Source: Camelus dromedarius (Eukaryota). Taken from it: a stretch of 64,000 nt of DNA. Positions 41,444 to 52,706 of this stretch are shown here, one piece after another. The notes below the pieces were generated by a model. That model had not been told where the DNA came from, made no database searches, and saw only the letters and a program-made list of their open reading frames with translations. Numbering within the stretch: position 1 is the first letter of the stretch; each line of letters begins with the position of its first letter. A program made the translations under genes and the position numbers. The stretch spans positions 86,802,001 through 86,866,000 of the forward strand of contig NC_087437.1 of the NCBI RefSeq assembly GCF_036321535.1, written 5' to 3'.

Positions 41444-43074
41444 GTGATTAGGGCCAGAACCAGGGGAATGGTATAAAAAATATACGGATTTTCACTTTAT
41501 GTGAACTTATGGCTTAAAATGTTGGTAGTATCTGATGAATTGCAAGTTAACCATACTTTATTATGTTGCCCATTTGAAAAATATACCTACAATGTTTAAA
41601 TTACATGCAGTTATTTTTGTATTATGACTTATGAAAAAAATCCTGAATTTTTTCAAGAAGAGAATGCTGGCATTCACATAAATGTTAGAAAAATTATTCA
41701 TATATATAAATCTGAAGTTTTCTATTATGCAACAAATTAGCAAGATCAATGTTAGATTTTCTTTTTCTTTTTAAAACTCATGCTATATTTTTCCAAAACT
41801 GTTACTAAAATGTTCTTTTACTTTAATAAATTATTTTTTGCACATTCTCTCATCAAGTATTATAGAACTAAATTTGAAAAATTGAGGCAGAAAAATACAT
41901 TGAATTTTTAGCACACTTTGAAAATTAGCAATGCGAAGTAGAAAAATATCTGCATTTTCTCAGTCACCATCACTGTTGCTTGCTATTAAAATAAATATTT
42001 AATTAAATGTTTTATTATTATGTCATCATTTTTAATATATCATGTAAACTAATAATTTTAAGTTTATTTATTTAGAGTCAATGCACTTTGAATACACTTT
42101 GAAATCAGATCGTGACTTTGAAAGTTATGACACTTAGGTACAATAGCTAATGAATATTCAAAATAAATATAAAAGAAGGGAGGAAAACCTCAAGATAAAA
42201 AAGCATTCTGCATTAATATACTTCAACTAGATTATTCACAGGACTCATGAACAAACTCATTTGAAATAATTTTAGAACTTAGTTATAAATAAATTAGAGC
42301 AACAAAAATCACAAAATATAGGCCATAGGTACATAGGAACGTCACAGGCCATAGGTAAAACACTTGAATTTGGAATTGTCTCTCAGTATTAGTTTTAAAA
42401 GTCTATTTTGTTCTCAAAAATTATTTTATTTTAATGTTAGTAAATTTTTATTCATTGGCTTTTGTCAGTATGCTGTTTATTACAGACAGAATCCTGTCCA
42501 GAGGATGAGGCCATTCATTTAACTAAAGATCATAACCAATAACAAAGAAATTTAGTGTACTAAATTTGATTCTATAAACCAGTAAATCATTAATAATTAT
42601 TTAGAGGAAAATGATGGATTTTAGAAACAATCATCTTAACAAGTTTATTAGAAACCCTCCAAAGAACAAGAAGCATCAAGAGACATAATCTTATTAATGA
42701 CCATGACATTATAATCTAATTTAAAATAATTGAATTATTAGGGTCAAGTGAAGACTATGTGATTTTGTGATAAACTCTAATCCATACATCAAAGTCAATT
42801 AGTAAACAAGTCAGTCATAACCCCCTTCAAACAAATGACTATATTGATTCTCATTAAAAGAGTTTAATAGAGAATCAAAGATATCAGATGTAATAAAGCT
42901 TAGAGATGATTCACAATTTCTAATGTAATCAGAAAAAACTCCTCTAATACATAATTGTTGCTACTAAATGTCAGCTGCTTACCGAGAAACATGATTAATA
43001 AACAAATAATTGTAAATATATTTTTTCTGGATGATGTACAACATACTAATCACTATCATGTTTAAAAACAATTA

Positions 43075-43360
43075 TAAATGAACCTTGAAGACATCATGCT
43101 AAGCAAATAAGCTGGTCACAAAAGGAAAATACTGTATGATTCCACTTATATGAGGTACATACAGTAGTCAAATTCATAGAGACAGAAAGCAGAGTAGTGG
43201 GTGCCAGGGACTAGGGGAGGGAGGCAGACAGAACTTCAGTTTTGGAAGATGAAAAAAGTTCTGAAGATGGAAGGTGATGAGGATTGCACAAAATGTCAAT
43301 TGTACTTAAAAATATACAAAGCTGTAAATTTTATGTTACATATATTTTACCAAAATTTAA
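43075..43360 (+). mobile_element. L1MB-like 3' end
   Basis: 'atgaaccttgaagacatcatgctaag...atactgtatgattccacttatatgaggtac...gtcaaattcatagagacagaaag...gtaaattttatgttacatatattttacca'. Confidence 0.9.
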
Positions 43361-46169
43361 ATGAAGCCAATCAACCAACAAATAAATATCAATTAGAAGA
43401 CATCTTTCTTACTGTCAAAAAGTGTGTGATCTTTTTGAAACAGGGCAAGAGGACTCCAGTACTAAGAATGGTGCAAGTCATGATATGACAGCACCTGACA
43501 TGTTGTTAATGAATCGATTTAGAGCTCAGCTCTTTGCTGTAGCACACCAGATTTCAGCTGCACCGCACTCTTCATCTTCACTGGCCTTGCTGGATCTGCG
43601 GCTTTTGGAGCCTCTGTTAATTTGCCTCCAATACTGTGAAAAGGCATGCTGTTTCACCACAGTGTGTTGTACGATTTTATTGATTCTCTTTGCTAGCATG
43701 GCATGAACAGCTTGGGAAGCACTGTTGACTAAGTTCTATGAGTTTAGTTAAAGAGAGATCATTACAGACTGGAATGGTATTGTGAAAACTACATGAATAA
43801 AAATATATTTAAAAGAGATCATAAAATATGAGCACAGTTTTCATATATTTTTATTGTATTTGTGTGAATTATTGGAGAAAAGAGGTTAGAAAATATAAAG
43901 CATGCATAGGAAACAATGAGTAAATCAGTTTGGCTTTAGCAAAAATGTTAACGTTGGGGAAGAGTGGGAGATAAGTTCAGAAAGTAGGTTTAGGAAAACT
44001 TTGGAAGATCCAATAATGACAGGTGAGAGTAAAGAGGAGGCACTGGAGGTTTACTCTCTGCTTTGTGTGTTCCATTTCCTTCACAAATTATCAAATAGTG
44101 GCCACAAACCATATTTATTGATTGATGTTACCTCTCTTAGTTTTAATATAAACAACGAGTTGAAGGGATATTTTGTTTTTTTAATGACATCTTTTACTAA
44201 AAATCAAATAGTAAGAATGTAACCAAAATTCAAGAATGAATTTTTTGGAATGTATATACAGCTTCAATGTGTATACATTTTTGACAATTGAAGAAAATAT
44301 TTGGTCTCTGAGATGTAAATAACTGAAGAAAATTGTGTGTATATTTGAGCTAATGTACCACCAGTTCCTCTATAATAATGCATGTCTCCAAAATAAAGTT
44401 ACAAATTATGGAGGGAAAAAATCTTCCAGAAGAGATCTGATGCCATGTGTGTTGTCCATTAATCAGTTTGTGTAATTTCTCCTGAAATTTGGTTACACTT
44501 TGCTGGATTCTCAACTTAATGAAACAGATAGTTACAAAGATGAGATAGTTTCTCTGCTAACCTGACCCAGCATTTAATCACAATTTGTTAACAATATATT
44601 GCAATTTAAAAAATCCCGACCCTCTTCTGAGACCACCCTGATTTGATAATTGGAGGTCCACACACCTTATTATTGTATGTCATTCAAGTGTCGTGATCGG
44701 AGTAGCCTCTGAGTTATATGAAAAATGTTAAGTCTCAAGACATCGTGTATGATTTATGATGATTGTTTTCTTCTCAATTTAAGTAGATTCTCCAGGGAAC
44801 TGAAAAGGAGTCAGTTGTCAAATCACCCTCAGGCCTCTGAAACAGAAGTGGGAGAATTGAGTCCCTTGTAACTGGCAAAGGCCACTTCCTCCCAAGTGAA
44901 GACATTTCAAAACTGGTCCAGGCAAAGTAAATATTTCTAAATGCCCTTGAATTTTGTCGTGTCAGCTACTTCTGCCATGAATCTAAAAAATGAAATTCAT
45001 AACATAGGAGGCTTCCGCAAGTAGATCACAATTAAATGATCTCCATCATGGTTATGATCTCCAACCATGGTATTGATAATATGAAAACCTACTTGTACCT
45101 GCTGCAGTTTTTTTTTTTTTTTTGTTATGTTTGTTAGCTCTCAAAAATCTCTCCTATGTCTTAGAAACATCCTGAGCTCAATCAAGTTCAAAGCAGGCTG
45201 CTAATAAATGAATTTAGTCACAATTAACTGAGAGTTCACTGAAGGTGCAACAATACTGGGTGCTGCAGCAAGAAATTTAAAAAGAAGTTACGGTGCCCCT
45301 GATACTGTGAAATTCGTAGTTTTCAGAAGTATGTACATTGAGAAATGAAGCAAAATGTTCAAGATACAAATATGTTTATTTTCAATGCTTTTTAAGTATA
45401 TAATTATTTTACAATGACAGTAACTGATCTTGGAACATCATCATACTTACTTATTTAGTCATTGCTAAATCTCAATACCATATTTGATATACTTTACTAG
45501 ATTTTTTCACATGACATTTTAAATCTTCCATATAGGATTTTCATGTTGTACAATTATGAATATTTCTGGCTATGTAAAATGTGTTCCTCAAAGCAAGTAC
45601 TTACTGTGTTTAGTTCATCTTTCAATCTGTAGTGCATAATAAAGTATTATTTTTATGTTAAATACTGATTGAATGTTCAATGAGTGAGTGAAGGAAGGAA
45701 GGAAGGAAGAAACTAACTGTAGGATACACATTTAGGTCAAGCACACTATGGAAATTCAGCCTTTGAAAGAAACTTGAATATGAGCTATGTCAAAGACAAA
45801 ATGATTATTTTCTCAAGAAATTATTGTGTACCTAGAAAATCCAAATAAAACTCCTAAAAATTCAGTAAGAACAATGATGGTATTTAATATTATGGCTAGG
45901 AATAAAATGTAAGACATAAAATCAATAATTTTTAACATACAAACAATAAGGAATTAGAAATCTCATTTACATTAGTAAAAACAGTGACGGGACTGAGCAG
46001 TAAACATATCAAAAATTGCCCAAGAGCTGTTTGAAGGAAATAAATATACTATGTAAAGATCTGATATAAATCTTAATGATTTTTCCAGTCATATGATATT
46101 TTTGAATAGAATGCCTCAACATTCAAGAAATGGCAGTTCTTCTTACATTAATTATGGTCGATATTAACG

Positions 46170-46562
46170 GTGTACACCAAAAGTTGTCTCTTTTTTCTTC
46201 TGAGCACGTAGGGCTGACTTTCATGTTACCTTAAAGTTAAATATGGCCATGTGATTTGCTTTGGCCAATAAAATATGAGAAGTTCCATATGTTACTTCCA
46301 GGAAGAAGCATTAAGTACCAGTGCATGATTTAATATGCTTCTATTATTACACTTTTCTATAGGACTTATGGTAGAAAATTTCAGTATGAAGCTTCTGTTA
46401 GCCTGGGTCCCTGAGTAGCTGTGGTAAGAAGTGACAACCCCCGCTACCTTCACTGGATTGCTATGAATTAATAGTAGGCACAAGAAATACAATTTTATTG
46501 TGTTGAGCCAGTGAGAACTGGTGATTACCTTGGACATTTGGTAATATATTACTGGAACACTA
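46170..46562 (+). mobile_element. MLT1-like MaLR LTR remnant
   Basis: 'tggccatgtgatttgctttggccaataaaat...ttacttccaggaagaagcattaag...agcctgggtccctgag...ttttattgtgttgagccagtgaga'. Confidence 0.75.
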
Positions 46563-46570
46563 ACCCACAA

Positions 46571-46797
46571 CAGAGATCAACAAATCTTTTCTGTATAAGC
46601 CCAAATACTAAATATTTTTCATGTTATAGTTTATATAGTCAGGGTCACAACTTCTTATTGCTTATGTTATAGCACAAAAGCAACCATAGATAGTACCTAA
46701 ATAAATAAATGTGGCTGTGTTCTAATAAAATTTTATCTACAAAGACAGGTGAGAGGTCAGTTTGATCTATGAGTTAGAATTTGATGATGCTTAATCT
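46571..46797. mobile_element. MER58A-like hAT DNA transposon remnant
   Basis: 'cagagatcaacaaatcttttctgta...ctaaatatttt...aaaagcaaccatagatagtac...gtggctgtgttctaataaaattttatctacaaagacagg'. Confidence 0.8.
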
Positions 46798-47222
46798 AAA
46801 ACTTAATATAATTTCTACAAATTCATAACTGGCTTAATTTTTAATCTAAGTTGATTCTGTAGGTCATATGAGAAAATATGTAATTATAGTTTCAAGAAAT
46901 CTAAAACATAAAAGTGTTAGACAAAACTACCCCAAACATTTATTAAAATATATTTGACATGCCATGGTAGATACTGACACATGGATGGATAGACCAACAT
47001 GTATAGGGAATACATTGTATAGTAAAGGTGTCATTACCTATCAGTGAGGAAAAGATAGATTAGTTGATAACATTTTTAACAAGCAGATACCTGAGAAATA
47101 TTTAAATCTATACCTGATATCTTAAAAATTTTTTTCTTATGTAGTAATACAAAAACAAACCCAAATGCAATGGGGGAAAACATGAGAGAGTGTTTTATAC
47201 AATTAGGATAATGGCAGTAGAA

Positions 47223-47356
47223 GGGAGTGAGGAATAGCTCAAGTGGTAGAGTGTATGCTTAGCAACCACAGGGTCCTGGGTTCAATCCCCAGTACCTCCT
47301 CTAAATAAATAAGTAAAACTAATTACCACCCTCTCTCCAAAAAATGAGACAGAACC
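47223..47356 (+). mobile_element. tRNA-derived camelid SINE (Vic-1-like)
   Basis: Pol III A box 'tagctcaagtgg' and B box 'ggttcaatccc', then 'agtacctcctctaaataaataa'; 18-bp TSD aggataatgg(c/a)agtagaa at 47205-47222 and 47357-47374. Confidence 0.9.
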
Positions 47357-48611
47357 AGGATAATGGAAGTAGAATTGCATAACATAAAATCAAAGTCAGA
47401 AATTATGAGAAATAATTGGTGAATTTAAATTAATTTAAAAAAAATCTATATAAATGGCATGAACAAAATCAAAAGGCAAAGGAAAATTCTGAAAACATTT
47501 GCAAAAATTAGGACAGTTCAATTATTGTTTACTTAATGTATAAAGTGCTCCCGCAAATTGATAGGAAAAAGACCAACAACTCATTAACAAGATGGTATAG
47601 AGCACGAAAACAGAAGTACCCATAAAATAAAATACAAATGGATTTTCAAAAAAATGAAAAGTTGCTCAACTTAAGAGAAATGAAACAAAAGCTACATTTT
47701 TATGAACGTTTAAATGAAACAAAAACTACATTTTCATGTTTGTGGCACAGTGTAAATTTCTGTGTAGCTGTCAAAATTTAAAATATACATTCCCTTTAAC
47801 TTGGAAATTTCATGTTTAGAAGTTTATCTTACAGATACTCTATTATAGACTCAGATCCAAGCAAAAGATGCTTTTGTGTTTGTTAGACAAGACTGAAAAC
47901 ACCTACATGATTACAATAGGATACCACGCCTACATAGTATTCTGCATATATTAAATGGATCTCTATGAAGCTACTAAGAGGAATAAGACAGTGTCTTAAG
48001 TACTGATATGAAATATCTATAAAGGAAAAGAGAAAGTTCAGAAAAGTCTGTGAACTTTCTACCAACTATATAAAATGCATGCACAGAACTAGAATATCTC
48101 TGGAGCAAGATACAGGAAACTGGTAATAAAGATCTCTTGTGGGGAATGGGCCTAGGGCCTGGGGAGGGACAGAGTGGAAAGCACAGGTCTATAGCTTGTG
48201 CATCTTTTTGTAAGTAATAATGATTTGTTTCTGTAGCCATGCTGTTTTTACATGCTTTCAGTGATAGGAATTAACTAATGATGATTTAGATTTTTCCAAA
48301 TTTAATAACTTTAATATTGTTTTGTTTTGAGAAAAATCTGCTTTCCTGTATCTACTAATTTTTGGTCCTTTTCTCCCTCCTAAATCTATCTAAGTCAAAT
48401 TTGACTTCTTTCCCTTGGGCAGTCGCAAAATGCCTTTCCATCTCCCTAAATCTATACTTCTTAGGTATACATTCTCAATCCCTGAAGACATTCTTCGTAT
48501 GATATGATTGTTAGGTCTTACATCATTCGCAAGGTCACTAATTTAGCTTCTGTTTACTAGTGTCATCTTAAAAGCTTGCCAAATTGCTTGACCGGTTAAA
48601 AGTACAGAGGT

Positions 48612-48717
48612 GGGTCAGTGTTTCGTATGTAGCAGAGTAGCTCCCTTACTGCGATCTATTTATTGAAAGTCAGCCTTTGACACAAGGGTTTGTAAAAAGT
48701 AAAAAAAAAAAAAAAAA
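48612..48717 (+). pseudogene. Retrotransposed fragment of the 28S rRNA 3' terminus with poly(A) tail
   Basis: 'gggtcagtgtttcgtatgtagcagagtagctcccttactgcgatctatt(tatt)gaaagtcagcctttgacacaagggtttgt' matches the conserved mammalian 28S 3' end; A-tail follows at 48694; TSD aaaagtacaga(g/a)gt at 48598-48611 and 48718-48731. Confidence 0.93.
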
Positions 48718-48869
48718 AAAAGTACAGAAGTTCATGTATTTTTGCTCTCTTGATAGTAACATTTTGACTATTGCAATTTAAGATTAAATAAATTTTCTGT
48801 ATTATAATGTTAGCTTATATTTATTTTGCAATGAATTACAATTTGTAGGTTGTTTATTTTTTGGTGGAC

Positions 48870-49090
48870 TTTAGGAAAAGATGTGTTTAGGATGAAGAGC
48901 AAGAAAAATCAGGATTAAATCTACTCCACTTATCAGCAGCGTTGTGTTGGACAATTTATTTATCTTTGACATCTTATATTGTAAAATTAGAAGATAATAG
49001 TATCTACTTCATTAGGTTTTTTAGTAATAATTAAATAAGGCATCTTCTATGATCGTGATATAAGCCTGTGACACAGGATTAAGAAATAAT
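48870..49090 (+). mobile_element. MIR SINE fragment
   Basis: 'ggattaaatctactccacttatcagc...tgttggacaatttattta...tgtaaaattagaagataatagtatctacttcattagg'. Confidence 0.7.
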
Positions 49091-49813
49091 ATCTGTGAGA
49101 TAGTGACATGAAACTAACAAAAATGTTTTTGAGGTAAAATCTTTAAAAGCTGAAACCTGCAGAAATTCTGACAACATGAAAAAAATGTTTATGTTATGTT
49201 CATTGTATGAAGATTAAGGAATAAATGGGATCAATTAATTGTGTAATAGTAAAAAGAAACAAAGAGAAATTTAATGTCCCAATTAAATTTGATTATGCTT
49301 TCCCTTTCTGGGAGAAAAGACCTAAGTGTAATCTCACCTAGGTAGGTAGGACTCAGCAAAACATATAAGGTTGGAAATGCAATAGAACAGTCGATAGTGG
49401 TTACAGTAAGGTCCTCGAAAGAGGGGGAAGTGATGGATTCAAGAATACATTTTGAGGCTTTGTCCTTGACCGTAAAGATTCTTTTTTCTGCATATGAAAT
49501 AGTACAGGTGATAATATTGAGGGTTTTTGTGTGTGTGTGTGTGTGAGATAGAAAATAGGAAATTTGAAGGATCACCATTAAATTCCCTTAGTATTTGCAG
49601 TACGTAATTCTCTGAGATTATGGAGATGAGCAAAATATCAACTGGAGGTAAATTTTCAGGAGCCCTGAAGAGTGTAAAGGAAGTTGAAATAATAACAATT
49701 TCATTAGTGATGGTAACTGCAGGAAATTCAATAAAGAGTAAAAAAAAAAAAGATGAATACAGAAATAGATAATGTAATCCAGGTGTGGTATTGATCACAT
49801 CCAAAAGTTTTAC

Positions 49814-50261
49814 TGTTACGGAAACGACAGGCCAGTCAAGAAACAAGCACCACTCGGAGGGTTGGAGTACTCAGATGTATTACGCCGGCGGGCTCAGAGG
49901 GGCTTCTGCTCCAAAGCTCTGAGCACCTTCAAGATGTGCACATGAGGTTTTATAGGGTAAAGTACAAGCTTGGGGTATTTGGCCAATAGGCATGGAACAG
50001 CTTTAGCAGCGTTATCATCACAAAAGTGGAGGCGGGGAGGCAGCAAACCAACATTCCAAAGCCAGATATGTATCTTTGAAAATCCAGCTGGCTAGCAAAA
50101 ACACATAAACAGCAAACCAACACTAATTAACCTAGATTTACGAGTTAGTCTAGCAGAACTCAGATCAGTATTCCAATACTTAGACTTGTTAGCCCAGCCT
50201 CTCCTTCACATTCTTAGACTTATGAGATATCTTGTCAGACCAGCCCGGTTTTTCCTTCACA
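49814..50261 (-). mobile_element. Relatively young ERV1-like solo LTR
   Basis: TG...CA termini; perfect 4-bp TSD ttac (49810-49813 and 50262-50265); minus-strand TATA 'ctataaaa' (49948-49955) followed by variant poly(A) signal 'aataca' (49876-49881); CpGs retained. Confidence 0.88.
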
Positions 50262-52399
50262 TTACTTTCACAGGTTAAACCTCCTATCCTATAAAATGAC
50301 AGTCAAAAATTTGCTCTTATTTCTCCAAGATCATGGATCCTCTTAGGCATTCCCTAGACTTTTGAATCTCTTTGCCATTTACCTAAAAAACAAGGTGACT
50401 CTATATTGAAGACTACTCAAGTTGTGCTTGATTCCTTCCCCATCTGCTTTAGCTGAGTCGTCCAGGTAATTACTAGGTAAATCAGACTCTCATCTTCCTT
50501 GAGCCATCCTTAACGTCATCAGTCTCTACCAATATAGTCATGCCGGGTTACCATGTAAATATATACGTTACTTTTTAAAAAAATATTATGCACTTCTAAG
50601 AAAGACATTTTATTGTGGATTTAATAAAGGTTGAATTGTAGCTAAATCAGCCATTCCCTTACATCAGTTAAAAAGGAGAGTATCTTCAAGACTGAGTCCT
50701 TCTCAGGGACTGTGTGCCCTATAGCTGCTCTTTCTCCTCATGGCAAATGTATCTCACTTGGAGCCCTCTCTTGCTCACATATAGCCCCCTTTTCAGCTCT
50801 GTATTTGGAAAACAATCCCCCTCTCAAAAGGTAAAGTAACATTGCCTGTGATTCATTACATTTCTTCTAATTCAAACAATGTCTTGAACTCTAGCATAAT
50901 ACCTGTAGACATTCTTTCATTCAGTTTTTTCAGGTTTCCAATGGTGGATGTGGGCAGGAAATATATATATATTTCTTTTAAACTTAACCTTGCATCATTT
51001 GGGAACATAGTCCTAAACATTAGTCTGACATGAAGCATCATTTCTTGACCTGGCTGCAGTATAAGAAAATCCAGATAGGTTGTCAGTGTTTTCCCTTAGT
51101 TGTTTTCTTTGCTACCCAAAGAGATTGGAACCAGCTCCTATGCTACAGTTTTAATTAAATTATTGTAATGTTATGACTCACCCAAAATGAAGATGGATTG
51201 GGTTACTGATGGCATATTTTGTAGAATAGATGGAATGAGTTTGTAATGATTCCAGCTGCTGATTTCTTCCTCCCTCTTTTTGGCATCCTAGGAAGTCTCT
51301 GATGAATTGACTTGGGAAGAATGAACGTGGGACTTACTTGGCACGTACACAGGCAGATGGGTAAACCAGAGAGATTACAATGGGAGAAATGGGAGGTATT
51401 CTAGGACATAAGTAGTACTGAGGAGATAGGACTGTTTTTAACAACGATTTTGAGGGTTTAGTGATTAGGGAAGATAGGAAGTTAAAACAGTTATGATGAG
51501 GAAGACTGGCAGGGCTACAGTCAAATAAGAATAGTATTCTGGCTGCTGACGAGGAGTCAGAGATGTCATGCTATAAACAAATGTAAAGTATGTCATAAGG
51601 AAAGGTTATTAAGTGACAAGAGCATGACAATAGATTTGAGTCCTCCATAGTGAGCAAGAATAAATAGAGAGCAACCCTCTATCTTGTGTATTTGGGGACT
51701 GAACATGAAAATTAGCAATAACTATTGTTTTCATGTGTGAAATAAGAGGAAATTTATTCTTTTAAAACTTGCATGTGGACTGAATCATAGATAAAAACTT
51801 GATGCTTAATGACAAATTGTTCTTCAGAGTGGGAATTCTGAAAAACACTACTAAGTGGCTGGACTGACAGAGGTGTAGACAGGGTTTGAGGAGAGGGGAA
51901 CAATTTGATAAAGATTCGCACAGAAAGACTAATGAGTGAAAAATTTCTAACTGTTTTTATTTACGAAGTTAGGTGTATGGGTATATACAGCTTTTACAAG
52001 GCAACACCAGCCATAAGGCAGAGCCAGGGTTCAGCTTTTGCCACGGATGTACTGAGCAACAGTCCCGCCTCAATTTGTCCCTGGGATTTTGATTCTGTTT
52101 CCCCTGCTCTAGCATGGTAATCTCTGGATGCTAATTGTGAGTCTCATATATTTTTGATTAGGAGGGGCATTTCCCATAATCTGTACTTTCCTTTCTCCAG
52201 CGGTCGAGGTGGTTTATTTGTCACTCTCTCCACCATTGCCACTGAACTCATTTGACTCTTTGAGTGTCAGCTCTTTTGTGCTGAAGGGAGACATTTTTAC
52301 CTGCAAGTAAGGTCTGGCCCTGAAGAGACTTTACCTGTTTTGACCTTCTCTCTGGAGTCTCCTCCCAGGGAATTATACTTCCCTGTCTGGGAGGCTAGA

Positions 52400-52421
52400 C
52401 CACGCCCCTCCGGGGCGGAGC
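52400..52421. promoter_or_regulatory. Pair of oppositely oriented GC boxes (KLF/SP and Sp1-type)
   Basis: CCACGCCCC at 52400-52408 and GGGGCGGAGC at 52412-52421 in otherwise CpG-poor, apparently non-repetitive DNA. Confidence 0.55.
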
Positions 52422-52429
52422 TGTGAGCT

Positions 52430-52706
52430 AGTAGTGTGACCGTCTGTTAAACTGTCTGAGTGTTCCTTAGCAAAATGGAGCAAGATTTCTTCATGTCTAC
52501 TCTGTCCCAGAGGAAGATTTCTGGCTTATGAAGACTCCTTTCCAAGATCCTGGATCAGTCTTTAAATCTGAGTCTGTTTTAAAGATAATAGTAATAATGT
52601 TACTCAAAAGATCAGTTCCAAAATTCCCTTCATCAGAGATCGTAGAGACAACCATGTAAATAGAACCAATATATAGATAATCCCAGATTCCTGGCAAGGG
52701 ACGCAG
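52430..52706 (+). other. Candidate first exon of an unidentified transcript (start approximate)
   Basis: Lies just downstream of the GC boxes and ends at a perfect consensus donor CAG|GTAAGT (GT at 52707-52708); only short ORFs inside. Confidence 0.4.

Larger units (their letters stand above)
45780..48250 (+). mobile_element. Old L1ME-like ORF2/3'UTR remnants interrupted by MLT, MER58 and SINE insertions
   Basis: 'attgtgtacctagaaaatccaa', 'acataaaatcaataattttt', 'aacaaaatcaaaaggcaa', 'atgaaaagttgctcaactt', 'gaatatctctggagcaagatacaggaaactggtaa'. Confidence 0.7.

Noticed and set aside
42320..42357. Direct repeat aggccataggta x2
   Set aside because: Only two short copies with no array structure; likely slippage or chance.
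47223..47300. Functional tRNA gene
   Set aside because: A and B boxes are present, but the TSD, SINE body and A-rich tail identify it as a tRNA-derived SINE, and there is no clean cloverleaf.
47678..47738. 27-bp imperfect direct repeat (aaatgaaacaaaa.ctacatttt.atg)
   Set aside because: Two copies inside an old L1 remnant; an ordinary local duplication.
48612..48693. Functional rRNA gene or rDNA unit
   Set aside because: Only about 82 nt, mutated, polyadenylated and TSD-flanked: a retrocopy.
49231..49846. Two overlapping minus-strand ORFs (115 and 135 aa)
   Set aside because: They cross an LTR boundary, a (GT)n tract and purine-rich repeat remnants; the composition reflects low complexity.
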